NCBI RefSeq assembly: GCF_006345805.1
Contig: NC_042998.1
Span: forward strand, 26,598,001 to 26,662,000
Direction of reading: 5' to 3'
Source: Octopus sinensis
Lineage: Eukaryota
DNA: 64,000 nt
Of this stretch, positions 1 through 11,297 are shown in pieces; the stretch's first letter is position 1; every line of letters begins with the position of its first letter. The translations under genes and the position numbers were made by a program. A model generated the notes under the pieces. That model was not told where the DNA came from. It ran no database searches and saw only the letters and a program-made list of their open reading frames with translations.

Positions 1-320
1 GGAGCCAGTCAGGGGGCACTGACCACAGCTATGATATTGGTTTTACTTGATTCAACAGGTCTTCTCATGCATATCATATTGCCTGATACATCAGGGGTAT
101 GGCCCATTTAAGAGTACCCCTGATGCATCGTACAATATGATATGCTTGAAAAAGCACTCACTACACTCTTCGAGTGGTTGGCATTAGGAAAGGCATCTAG
201 CTGTAGAAACCTTGCCAGGTCAGATTAGAGCTTGGTGCAGCTGCTGGCTCTCCAGACCTCAGTCAAACTGTCCAACTCATGCCAGCATGGAAAACAGACG
301 TTAAATGATGATGATGATGA
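1..320 (+). mobile_element. SINE family C copy (5' part outside window or rearranged)
   Basis: Contains GGCATTAGGAAAGGCATCTAGCTGTAGAAAC core and ...CATGGAAAACAGACGTTAAATGATGATGATG tail. The same block recurs at least 7 times in the window. Confidence 0.75.
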
Positions 321-829
321 TAATGATTGTGTGTGTGAATACACACATTTATGGCTTAGCCAGAAGAGTGTCCATGTTTCTTTCTTGAGGCTTCCAAGAA
401 CGGTCAGAATAGGGAAGGAAAGTTATCATTAGATCAAAGCTCTGCCTTAAATGCTCGCATCAGAGTAGATTCCACTAAAAGTCATCAAGGGCCAAGATGT
501 GATTTTAACTTGGATGATGGATTATGTTCAACAGCAAAGAACAGGAATGTTTTATCCAACCAGCTTCCACACAGTTTCCTCCAGTCAAAGTTCATAAAGC
601 TTTGGTTGGAGGAAACCATAAAGTTTTGGTTGACCCAAAGCTATTGCTAACAAGCAGTTTGTGTTCTTAATGATTCCACCGCTGACATTATTTTTGTTTG
701 CATTGCTGTTGTTGTTTAGCCCTAGGAGTGCTCTAATCAAGCAGGCATCTTATCACATAAACCATTCTATCCATGACCATCCTCTCATTTTCTTTTCAGC
801 AGGAGAAACAAGGACTACATTATTCTCTT

Positions 830-1250
830 TTACTCTTTTACTTGTTTCAGTCATTTGAATGTGGCCATGCTGGAGCACCGCCTTTAGTCGAGCACATCGA
901 CCCCAGGACTTATTCTTTGGAAGCCTATTATTTATTCTATCAGTCTCTTTTGCTGAACCGCTAAGTTACGGGGACATAAGCACACCAGCATCGGTTGTCA
1001 AGCAATGTTGGGGGAACAAACACATACACACACCTATATATATATATATATATACTCTTTACTCTCTTTACTCTTTTACTTGTTTCAGTCAGTTGACTGG
1101 AGCACCACCTTTAGTCGAGCAAATCGACCCCGGGACTTATTCTTTGTAAGCCCAGTACTTATTCTATCGGTCTCTTTTGCCGAACCGCTAAGTGATGGGG
1201 GACATAAACACACCAGCATTGGTTGTCAAGCAATGCTAGGGGGACAAACA

Positions 1251-1322
<72 letters not shown>

Positions 1323-1495
1323 CATATTTACGACGGGCTTCTTTCAGTTTCCTTCTACCAAATCCACTCGCAAGGCTTTGGTCGGCCCGAGGCTATAGTA
1401 GAAGACACTTGCCCAAGGTGCCACACAGAGGGACTGAACCTGGGACCATGTGGTTCGTAAGCAAGCTACTTACCACACAGCCACTCCATATGCTT
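830..1495 (-). mobile_element. SINE family A (tRNA-like head, internal (TA)n/(CA)n, LINE-like tail), with a duplicated 3' half
   Basis: Reverse complement of the roughly 390-bp repeat present about 25 times in the window. The tail module occurs twice (about 830-1020 and 1060-1260). Confidence 0.85.
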
Positions 1496-2529
1496 ATCTA
1501 AGATGGCAAAGTGTGATTTGAGGGAGATATGGTTGCTATTTCTTGCAGACTGAGGCACCACGTAGAGGTAGTCCTTTTGTTATTGCTGATGGTGATATAA
1601 AGTTCCATCTTTAGTTATTCATTTTTATCTCGACATATAATGATAGTGAAATATCTCTAAATTTTAACAATATTACATTAACAAGTGCATATCAGAAATA
1701 GTGAGACTGCCAAAGTGACTAAGAGAAAATATAACATTTCTTGTATTATTTTTAAAACCAAACAACAACTTACATACGCACACACACACACATATATATA
1801 TATGCAGAGCTTTATGTACAGCAGAAATACTGAAAGAGATAACATCATATAAAGCCATGGACAGAATGAAACATATCGACTACTGAAATGTTTTTGCTGG
1901 GAAAAGTAGATAAGTTCTGCTTTATAAGTACATTTACAACAACTGCTGAAAATGTGGCTAAAGACAGCCTAATGGTCACAAATTTAAAGAGATGGTAAAG
2001 ATATAGAGAACTACTTCTTCTTTCAGCAACAAAAGATTTATTTCTCCACACAAAAACCAGACTGTGTTACTAAAAGTTAGATCTTTGATGCTGCTTTATT
2101 GGGAATGTTCTAAAAAAGTTGTAAATAAAGATCTGCAGAGATTGAATAAGAACGAACAGTGAGAATAGGTTGGGTGCAACCTTGATATCTTTAGATGCTC
2201 GCAGACCAGCATTCCCCCCCCCCTTCCCCCATTGAGATACAGGTACAACACCATCTTTCCAGATATTGATGGTTTGGTATCTTTCATAATCTGTATTGAA
2301 TTACAAGCTGGAGTTTTAAATCCCCATGACTACCAGACTATTTTATTGGTATCTTGTACAGGCTATTACCTTGCACAGTTCAGTATTAATATACTTGTAT
2401 TGTTTATACCAGTGGTTCTCAACTAGGGTCCATGTGATCCTTAGGGGTCTCTATAAGATTTTGGTGTTGAAATTTATGTGTAATAAAATCGATTATAGTT
2501 CTATGATATAGTTTAACAATTTTTATACA

Positions 2530-2925
2530 TCATCATCGTTTAACGTCTGTTTTCCATGCTAGCATGGGTTGGACGGTTTGACCGGGGTCTGGGAAGCCAG
2601 AGGGCTGCACCAGGCTCCAGTCTGATCTGGCAGTGTTTCTACAGCTGCCTAACGCCAACCACTCCATGAGTGTAGTGGGTGCTTTTTACATGCCACCGGC
2701 ACAGGTGTCAGGGGAAGCTGGCAACGGCCACGATCAGTTGGTGCTTTTTATGTGCCACCGGCACAGAAGCCAGTCAAGGCGGCGCTGGCATTGGCCGCGT
2801 TCAAATGGTGCTTTTTATGTGGCACAGGTATCACAACTACAATTTCCATTTGATATTTCTTTTGATGTTGATGTACTCAAAATAAATATCAAATGGAAAT
2901 TGTAGTTGTGATACCTGTGCCGGTG
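2530..2925 (-). mobile_element. SINE family C with internal GCCACCGGCAC tandem units
   Basis: CATCATCGTTTAACGTC...CATGCTAGCATGGGTTGGACGG start, followed by about 3 tandem units of roughly 60 bp. Confidence 0.8.
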
Positions 2926-3093
2926 AGTTCTTAATAATATTTAATTGTAAAAATACAGTTCAATAGCTTAGTTGTTGGATAAATATATACAGGCAGTGAC
3001 TTGAATAAATAATAACATCAGAAACAATACCTTAGGAATGAGAACAGAGTACCCCATTAATCAAATAAAGGTTTGGGTTTGAAATTCCACCAG

Positions 3094-3138
3094 GACACCT
3101 GATTAAGGCTGGAGAGTACATCAGCTGAAATGTTGTGG
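3094..3138 (+). ncRNA. Degenerate minimal type-I hammerhead ribozyme motif
   Basis: CAC-CTGATTA-A-GGCTG(N10)CAGCT-GAAAT-GTT-GTG. Differs from the consensus at G8 (CTGATGA to CTGATTA) and by C-to-T changes. Confidence 0.5.
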
Positions 3139-3142
3139 TTAG

Positions 3143-3430
3143 TTATGTGCCTGGCTCATAAGGGCCGGTTTCCCTGTTTCCGTGGCATATAGGTTCCCCA
3201 CCTGGACGAGACGCCAGTCCATCGCAGATGAGCTGCAAGATGCAGGAAGAAAGAGTGAGAGAAAGTTGTGGCGAAAGAATCAGAAGTTCGCCATTACCTT
3301 CTGCTGGAGCCGCGTGGAGCTTAGGTGTTTCACTCATAAACACACACGTCGCCCGGTCTGAGATTCAAACCCATGATCCCTCGACCGCGAGTCCGCTGCT
3401 CTAACCACAAGGCCATGTGCCTCCACCTTG
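3143..3430 (-). mobile_element. tRNA-derived SINE with V-domain-like core (family V)
   Basis: Minus strand has A box TGGCCTTGTGGTTAG, B box GGTTTGAATCTC and core GCGATGGACTGGCGTCTCGTCCAGG. The core resembles the V-SINE domain (recalled, not searched). Confidence 0.7.
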
Positions 3431-4182
3431 AAACATTGTAGTAACAACAAACAAGGTGAGAACACATCTATCCAATGTAGATAATGTATAAAAATACTAT
3501 AAGGTTCTTTTAAAAAAAACATTGATTGGCTATGAGGATCCATGGGAGTACAATAAGCATCAAAGAGGGTTCATTGGTAAAAAAATGGTTCATTATTTAA
3601 TTATTTAAGTGAATTTAATATTTGTATAATTTAGAGTGTGTTGACCAAGGTGACCCATCCTTGGTTTGGGAAAATGGGTATCCTGGTGAGGCTTCGGAAA
3701 CAAAATTGACCCCAGCCCCACTGACCCATGGGCTGCCTTGTGCCAAGTGCTGCAATATCTACATTAACCCTTTAGCGTTTAAACTGTTTTATGTTCAAAG
3801 TGTCATGATCTGTCCTCTTGCACCTACCCTACAATGTTATTCTAAAAATATACAATCACATCATCGAAATCTCAAAGCTATGAGAAAATGCACCGGCAAT
3901 GGCCATGACTACAATTTTATGGGTGCTGTTTCCATGGTACCATCAACGACCAGAACTATGATTCACAGGTGCCGCTTAACATAGCATCATAAATGACTAC
4001 AGCTATGATTCAGGGGTGCCATTTACAAGGCACTGGCAATGGCCATGACTACAATTTCATGGGTGCCATTTCCATGACACCGAAACAGCCACAGCTATGA
4101 TTTTACCTGGCCTGATGAATTTTCTCACACAGCATAATCGATATATATATATAGAGAGAGAGCTAAATGTATATTTATATAG

Positions 4183-4570
4183 GCATAGGAGTGGCTGTGT
4201 GGTAAGTAGCTTGCCTGCCAACCACATGGTTCCAGGTTCAGTCCCACTGCATGGCAACTTGGGCAAGTGTCTTCTACTAAAAGCCTTTTGAGTGGATTTG
4301 GTTGACAGAAACTGAAAGAAGCGCGTTGTATATATGTATATATATATATATATATGTGTGTGTTTGCGTGTCTGTGTTTGTCCCCCCAACATTGCTTGAC
4401 AACCGATGCTGGTGTGTTTACGTCCCTCCCTATAACTTAGGGGTTCGGCAAAAGAGACTGCTAGAATAAGTACTAGGCTTACAAAGAATAAGTCCTGGGG
4501 TCGATTTGCTCGACTAAAAGCGGTGCTCCAGCATGGCTACAGTCAAATGACTGAAACAAGTAAAAGAGTG
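4183..4570 (+). mobile_element. SINE family A, full length
   Basis: GGAGTGGCTGTGTGGTAAG (A box), GGTTCAGTCCC (B box), internal (TA)n, and tail GTGCTCCAGCATGGC...ATGACTGAAACAAGTAAAAGAG. Confidence 0.85.
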
Positions 4571-6429
4571 TATATATATATATATATATAAAGAAACAAG
4601 TACATTGTGCCATATGACTCTACTGACCCTAATTTGGGGAAGAGAGTGAGGAGTTTAAGTTAGCAGCAAATTTATGACGAGAAACTGGCTGAAGGGCCTG
4701 GATCAGGGAGGGGAGTGGATGCATAATTACACAGAAGTATGTGTGTTAGCCAAAATCCACATGCAAGGTTTTGGTCAGCCTGGGATATCACAGTGGGACT
4801 GAACTCAGAGCCATGTGGTTGAAAGCAAACTCCTTACCGCACAGCCATGCCAGCACCTATTTATAATTCATAAAAATAAAAAGGTTAACAGGTTAGTAAA
4901 AGGAGGATAAATCAAGCTTCCGATGAAACATTTTTGTAAACGCAAAGTAAATATTTACTAATTAATTTTTGTCGTCCCCCCCTCCCCCACTCGCCAAGAA
5001 ATACTTCTGCATTTTTTTTTCTTTGCTTGATACATATAAAAACATGTAGAGTTGATTGATAATTTTACTGTGATTTCATTATTTACATTCTCTTATTATT
5101 ATTTTTTTTTTTATTATTATTCTTTTGTCTCCATTTTCAAAAGAAAGGGATTTTCTATAAGTTCTCAGTAAGATTAAAGCAAAAGAATTTTCGCATAAGA
5201 ATTACTTTGGTGATTACTTATTTGTGAAAATAAATCATAGGATTCTTTATGCCCAAGTTCAAAAGAAAAAAAAAAACATCATTGAATAAATTTGTGAATG
5301 AATATCTTTTTTTTTTGGTTTTAAAGAAAATTCTGGACATATTTGTTTTTATTACTTTTACTTTTAGACATCTCAGTTTCTCTTGTATCGATACATCGTA
5401 TGCATTTTCTGAGATGGGAGAAAGAAGAAAAAAAATACCTGAACAGATATTTATCAGTCAACTCTTGGTAATTTCTTGTGCAACAAAATAGCATTTTCCC
5501 TTTTTTTTTTTTCTCAAGGAATTTTTTATTCTATACTTTCTCTGAAGTTGCAACAAATTTTTAAGTATAAAACCTTTATGAAATAAACTAGAGCACAGCA
5601 TTTTAAATCAAAAATCTCAATTTGTTTTGTTTTGTTTTGTTTTGCTTTTCACAAAAAGAAATGTTCTTTTCTCCATTTTCTTCGTATGATGCAAAAATAT
5701 ATGTTCAGGTAAAAATGTAACTCTCAAAAGTTCATATAATTAGAATACAAATTTCAGAATGCAATTCATGGAGATGTGGTAGGGAGGGTGTGTTTCAGTC
5801 TTCTAGAACTCTCCAGGTGTATGGGATTCTTGTGAACTCACAACACCACACATTTGAAGAGTTCATTAGCCTTTTAGAAGCAGTTGGGTTTTTTTTAATC
5901 ATTGGCACAAGTGTGGCTGTGGTAAAAAGTTTGCTTCCCAACCACATAGTTCCAGGTTCAGTCCCATTCATGGCACCTTGGGCAAGTGATTTCTACTATA
6001 GCCCCAGGCTGACCAAAGCCCTATGAGTGGGCTTGGTAGATGGAAATTTAACGAAGCTGTTTCAAGGAGGTTGTACAACCTTGTACAATCTTCCCCCGTT
6101 CCTCAAAAGGGTTCCACATGTCATCACAAGTATTGTGATGAGGTAAAACTCATTCCAGGTGTATAAACTCAAACGTTTATAAAAGGTAAGATTGTTTTTA
6201 GGCTTTGGTCAAGAACAGCTGAGTGGTTAATAAGTTCACTTTATAACCGCAAGGCCCCAGGGTTGATCTTAGTTCATGGTACCTTGGGCAGGTACATTTA
6301 CCATATCTTTACCTCAACCCAAACCATGTGTGTGAATTCAAGTAGATGGAAACCATGTAGAAATCCATCAGATGGACTGTACCTGTGATTCACTGGTGTC
6401 ATACTTATTATGCCTGAGAATTATATTAA

Positions 6430-6631
6430 ACCTTTAGTGTTCAGATTACTCTGTCAAATGTTCTGATTATTTATCACATTGCTTTGGATTAATCATGCAT
6501 TATCTCATAGCTTTGAGATTTCACTGATGTGATCACTTATTTTCAGAATGACATCATAGGGTAGGTGTGAGAAGCAGGATCTGGTAGGTATAATATTTGG
6601 GCCTGACACAGCCAGTTTAAATGCTAAAGGT
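6430..6631. mobile_element. piggyBac-type MITE
   Basis: TTAA on both sides, termini ACCTTTAG...CTAAAGGT. Related copies at 58139-58357 and, partially, at about 3770-3890. Confidence 0.75.
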
Positions 6632-7224
6632 TTAAGGATACACACACTTATCTATGGAAAACTCAGCTATTTTGAATGCTACTTCAAAGAGTAGGATGTC
6701 TAGTTGATTGAATAACTGAATATTCATGGCAAAATTCACACGAGTCTGGCCATTTCATTCAAAAGTTATGTTTTGACATCTGCTGTCTGTTGAGACATGT
6801 TTTAATACCCCTGATTAAGATCAAGTTGTGATGTTTCATGGAAAATGTGTAGGTCTCGAGAGAAACGTTGTACGAGATTACATGTGAAGGAGACACGAGT
6901 ACACAGAAAGAGAAAGTGAGTGTGACATTATTTACATAAGAGTACGTGGAATTGTCAGTGACAATGAATAAGATGTCCATGCAAAAAATAAAAGGGTAAT
7001 AAAAACGTCAAGAAGCTTCTCACCAAGTTATTAAGGAAGAGTGGAGACATTCCCATACTTGCAGTTTCCTTAGAGAATTTTCATGCAAGACAAAAGCGTT
7101 GTTTACTCTGACGTTTTCAAAAGGAAGAACCTATTATTGGTGTGATACATAAGATTAATAGTCTGCAATGGATTTGGCTCTCCAAGAAGCATATTTTTAA
7201 TCAGTGAAAAGAAGAGAACAAAGG

Positions 7225-7455
7225 AAGGTGAGCTGGCAGAACCTTTAGCACGCCAGGCGAAATGCGAAGCTGTATTTCGTCTGCCGTTACGTTCTGAGTT
7301 CAAATTCCGCCAAGGTCGACTTTGCCTTTCATCCTTTCGGGGTCGATAAATTAAGTACCAGTTACGCACTGGGGTCGATGTAATCGACTTAATCCGTTTG
7401 TCTGTCCTTGTTTGTTCCCTCTATATTTAGCCCCTTGTGGGTAGTAAAGAAATTG
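7225..7455 (+). mobile_element. SINE family B
   Basis: GAGCTGGCAGAA head, GAGTTCAAATTCC B box, GCCTTTCATCCTTTCGGGGTCGATAAATTAAGTACCAG core and GTAGTAAAGAAAT tail. Confidence 0.85.
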
Positions 7456-7569
7456 GTCATTCATAAGAGTTTTCGTAAATTGGAAAAGAGTTTTAGAAAA
7501 TGATTGTTGCCAAGAAAAATTAGAATTGAGTTTTAGTGAAATCATTCAAAGTGAATATGTCTTTTATTC

Positions 7570-7995
7570 CTTTTACTGGTTTCCATCATTAGACTGTGGC
7601 CATTCTGGGGCACCACCTTAAAGAATTTTTAGTCAAATGAAGTGCCCTCAGGTCTTATTTAATTTTTTAAGCCCGGTACTTATTCTGTTGGTCTCTTTTG
7701 CCAAGCTTCAAATTTACAGGGACATAACCACACCAACACCGGTTATCAAGCAGTGGTGGGGGACATACACAGATACAAAGACACATACACTCTCTCTCTT
7801 CCACATAGACACACACACACAAAAACATATGTATAAATATGATGGGCTTCTTTCAGTTTCCATCTATCAAATTCACTCAAAAGGCTTTGGTCAGCCTGAA
7901 GCTCTAATATAAGACATTTGGCCAAGGTGCCATGCAGTGGGACTGAACCCAGAATCATGTGCTTGGGAAGCAAATTTCTTACTACACAGCCATGC
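7570..7995 (-). mobile_element. SINE family A (diverged)
   Basis: Reverse complement of head, microsatellite and tail modules in the expected order. Confidence 0.75.
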
Positions 7996-8401
7996 CAAAT
8001 GTACAACCCCCTCCCCCACAAATCAAAATTTCTTCATTGCAAGAATTTTCTCATGAAATTGTGGAAGACAATTACAAGAATGAATTAGTCTTTAACATGT
8101 TTGTTTTGTGTTGTCCTTATGACAGCATCTCTATGGCTTTACCTATTTCTTGCAAATATTTATTTTCCATGAGACATTGATTGGATGCAATATAATGGTT
8201 GTTCATGAACCTTAGTCTGAAACAGAAAAACACCATTTTTATCACATATTTCACCTATTTTCTTTTCATTTAAACATATTTTATGATGAAGTGATAGCAG
8301 GTTGTCAACTTAATGTGACAGTCCCATTAAAGGGAAGAATGCTACTGTTATTTAGCCCCAGGAAACACCATTTCCTGTTGGACTTGACACATTTCCTGTG
8401 T

Positions 8402-8637
8402 TTTAGGGCGGCAAGCTGGCAGAAACACTAGCGCCGGGCGAAATGCATAGCCGTATTTCGTCTGCCACTACGTTCTGAGTTCAAATTCCGCCGAGGTCGA
8501 CTTTGCCTTTCATCCTTTCAGGGTCAATAAATTAAGTACCAGTTACGCACTGGGGTCGATGTAATTGACTTAATCTGTTTGTCTATCCTTGTTTGTCCTT
8601 TCTCTGTGTTTAGCCCCTTGTGGGTAGTAAAAAAATA
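8402..8637 (+). mobile_element. SINE family B with 13-bp target-site duplication
   Basis: ACATTTCCTGTGT at 8389-8401 and 8638-8650 flanks a full SINE B. Confidence 0.9.
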
Positions 8638-8702
8638 ACATTTCCTGTGTCCTTATGTTTTCAAAGGTGGATAGGCATTGACAGCTAGAAAGCCATGCTA
8701 CT

Positions 8703-8743
8703 CCAGACTGATGATGAGCAATGACTCTGAAACTAGTCTCTGG
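8703..8743 (+). ncRNA. Type-I hammerhead ribozyme motif, near canonical
   Basis: Stem I CCAGA/TCTGG, core CTGATGA (8708-8714), stem II GAG/CTC with a T-T closing mismatch, GAAA (8729-8732), palindromic stem III ACTAGT, and GUC cleavage triplet (8736-8738). Confidence 0.8.
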
Positions 8744-9559
8744 GTGCAGGCTTAGCTGGGTGGAGGTGCTTGTCTCTATTTTGAAAACACAAGGACACAG
8801 GAAATGTGTCAAGTCCAACAGGGAACGGTGTTTCCTAGGGCTAAATAACAGTAGCATTCTTCCCTTTCATGGGACTGTCACATTAAGTTGACAACATGCT
8901 ATCACTTTATCATGCTGCTACTGCATAAATCTGAGAGATTTAGAAATATATTATTTATATATTGTGATGTATTTTCTATAGAGCTCTCTCTTCAGTTTAA
9001 AGATTGAAGAGAATATCTTAAGAAAATATATTACTAAAAATATGAACAGCACAAACAGTTATATTTTGGTACAACTAAGAACAAACTTGAAAAAATTAAT
9101 CTTAGCTACATTTTATACTAGCAGAGATATCCGGCCTCGCTCGGGATTAAAATGGCATAGTTTCTTTATTGTTTTACTTGTTTCAATCATGTGACTGCGG
9201 TCATGCTGGAGCACTGCTTTTGGTAAAAAGAAAATCGACCATAGGATTTATCCTTTGTAAGCCTAGTGCTTATTCTATTAGTGTCTTTTGCTGAGCCACT
9301 AAGTTATGGGGACATAAATACAGCAACATTGATTGTCAAGCAATCACAGACACAAACACAAATATACACATATATACAACAGTCTTTCTACACACATATA
9401 TGTATATATACACATATATACATACATACATACACATAAATATATATACATATATACACACATAAATATACATACATAAATATATATATACATATATATA
9501 AATATATATAGTAATTGGAGTGTAAGGATTTCAGTCGTCACCTCATTTATATATCATCA

Positions 9560-10050
9560 TTGTCATCATCATTTAACGTCTGCTTTCCATGCTGGGTTGG
9601 ATGGTTTGACTGAGGACTGGTGAGCCAGAGGCTGCACAAGGCTCAATCTGGTCTGGCAAAGTTTCTACAGCTGGATGCCCTTCCTAATGTCAAGTGTAGT
9701 GGGTGCTTTTTACGTGCCATCGACATGAGGGCCAGTCAGGCGGTTCTGGTAATGACCATGCTCACGCTCAAAAGGTGTTTTTACATGCTACCTGCACAGG
9801 AGCCAGTCTGGTGGCACTTGCAATGACCACGCTTGAATGTTGCTTTTCACATGCCACCAGTGATGCTGGCAACAATCATGCTCGATTGGTGCTTTTCATG
9901 TGTCACTGGCACAGGAGCCAATCCATGACCCTGGCAACAATCATGCTTAGATGTGCTATTAACGTTCCACTGGTACGAATGCCAATCAGGCGGTACTGTA
10001 ATCGGCCACATCAGCGATTTTGATTTCACTTGCCTCAATAGGTCTTCACA
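9560..10050 (-). mobile_element. SINE family C with internal tandem array
   Basis: Same terminal block as other C copies, plus several diverged units of roughly 60 bp. Confidence 0.75.
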
Positions 10051-10149
10051 AGCAAGGTTTATTGTCCAATGAATGAGGGGTATTCATAAATGGGCTGTTT
10101 ACACCCACTGGCATAGGCCATGGTCTCACTTGCCTTGTTGGGGTTATAA

Positions 10150-10800
10150 GAGATAATGGTGTCATTGAGACCCAAAGGTGTCAGGTAATGCTGAATAAGT
10201 GCTATAGACAGACCATAGTTAAGTTCCAGATTCTGTAATTTTGCAGATAAGGAGTTCAACGTTGGTTGTATGTCAGCGTGTGTATATAAGAATTTTTTGC
10301 AAAATGAGATAAAAAACCAAGGCTGTATAGATATTAGAACATTCATAGATAGGTCTTATAGCTGTTTCCAGGATATTTATTAATAATATCCCTTCATCGG
10401 AGACAGTGTGAGAGGATGGTTAAGTCATAGTTTAGATGTGATACAAAATAGAGAGTGAGGTGGAGGAAAGAAAATAGATGCAAGATATATATGGATATTG
10501 AAGTTGTAGATTCATTTTTTAGGCAGAATGGTATATATGCAATATTCCAATACCTTATGAGTAAAGTCCAAAAGTCCAACAGAGTTTAAAGTGGGTCCTT
10601 CCAAATATAGAGTTTATACACAATGTAAGATTCCCTTATGAGTTAGATCCTGCAGTTCTTAAACTTGGTCATTCCAAGAAGAGAATTTATATACACTTTA
10701 AATTAAAACCTCTGACTCTGCAACACTGTGTGATCCTCTTGTAAAGGTTTGGATTATACTCTTGTAGAAAGAGTTCCATGTTAATGATTATCTAATATTC
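10150..10800 (-). mobile_element. Penelope-like element relic (GIY-YIG C-terminal-like peptides and 3' region)
   Basis: Minus strand gives decayed ESYI..PTLNS (about 10600-10650) and QPTLNS / TPLGLND peptides like Penelope endonuclease ends, around a hammerhead-like motif. Confidence 0.45.
10353..10404 (-). ncRNA. Minimal type-I hammerhead-like motif (variant core)
   Basis: Minus strand GTCT-CCGATGA-AGGGATAT(N9)ATATCCTG-GAAAC-AGCT-ATA-AGAC. Stem I is GTCT/AGAC. U4 is changed to C and stem III has one mismatch. Confidence 0.55.
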
Positions 10801-11297
10801 AAAGCATTTAAAAGGGTTAAAATCATCTTCTTAATTATAAACTTCCTATTATTAATATGCAATGGTACTTTACAATCAATTCAAAAGAGTAATTATTCAA
10901 CTATAGTATATAGCTCTCCTTCAAAGTTGGTTCTTCAAATTGGACTATTAAAATTAAATGAGTGGGGATCGTTATCTCACACTATATACTTGTGACCCAG
11001 TTTATTCTGAGTTCAAATTCTGTTGGGACTAATTATGCCATTCATTCCTCTCAGGTGATTAAAATATTACAACTGAATGTCTGGACTTTATTGAACATAT
11101 TTATTTAAAAGTTATCAATACCAATTTACATCAGACTCAGCTGCAATATAGAATTTTATTAATTTTTCTTTCTTGAATCGATTCTCAGAAAATAGACATG
11201 TGATATCTTGCTATAGATAAATACTGCTTAAATAAATATAGGACTGAAACTGCCTCAGTGTCACAAAATATAAGCCATAATAATCATTACTGTTTAA

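Larger units (their letters stand above)
2990..3490 (+). mobile_element. Short Penelope-like terminal fragment, interrupted by a SINE
   Basis: Carries a hammerhead-like motif at 3094-3138. Non-SINE sequence resumes after the SINE at about 3431. Penelope assignment is inference. Confidence 0.4.
8283..8913 (+). mobile_element. Foldback element: 134-bp inverted arms around a 114-nt hammerhead-containing spacer
   Basis: Left arm 8283-8401 plus 8651-8665 is the reverse complement of 8780-8913 with few mismatches. A SINE B splits the left arm. Confidence 0.85.

Noticed and set aside
2633-2905. Cys/His-rich ORFs (CHRHR repeats; also 9703, 38651, 49438)
   Set aside because: They are translations of the SINE C tandem unit, open in several frames, with no coding signature.
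6830-6920. MFHGKCVGL, like a PHD-finger fragment
   Set aside because: Bounded by stops, with no upstream Cys pairs or downstream CxxC. Likely chance.
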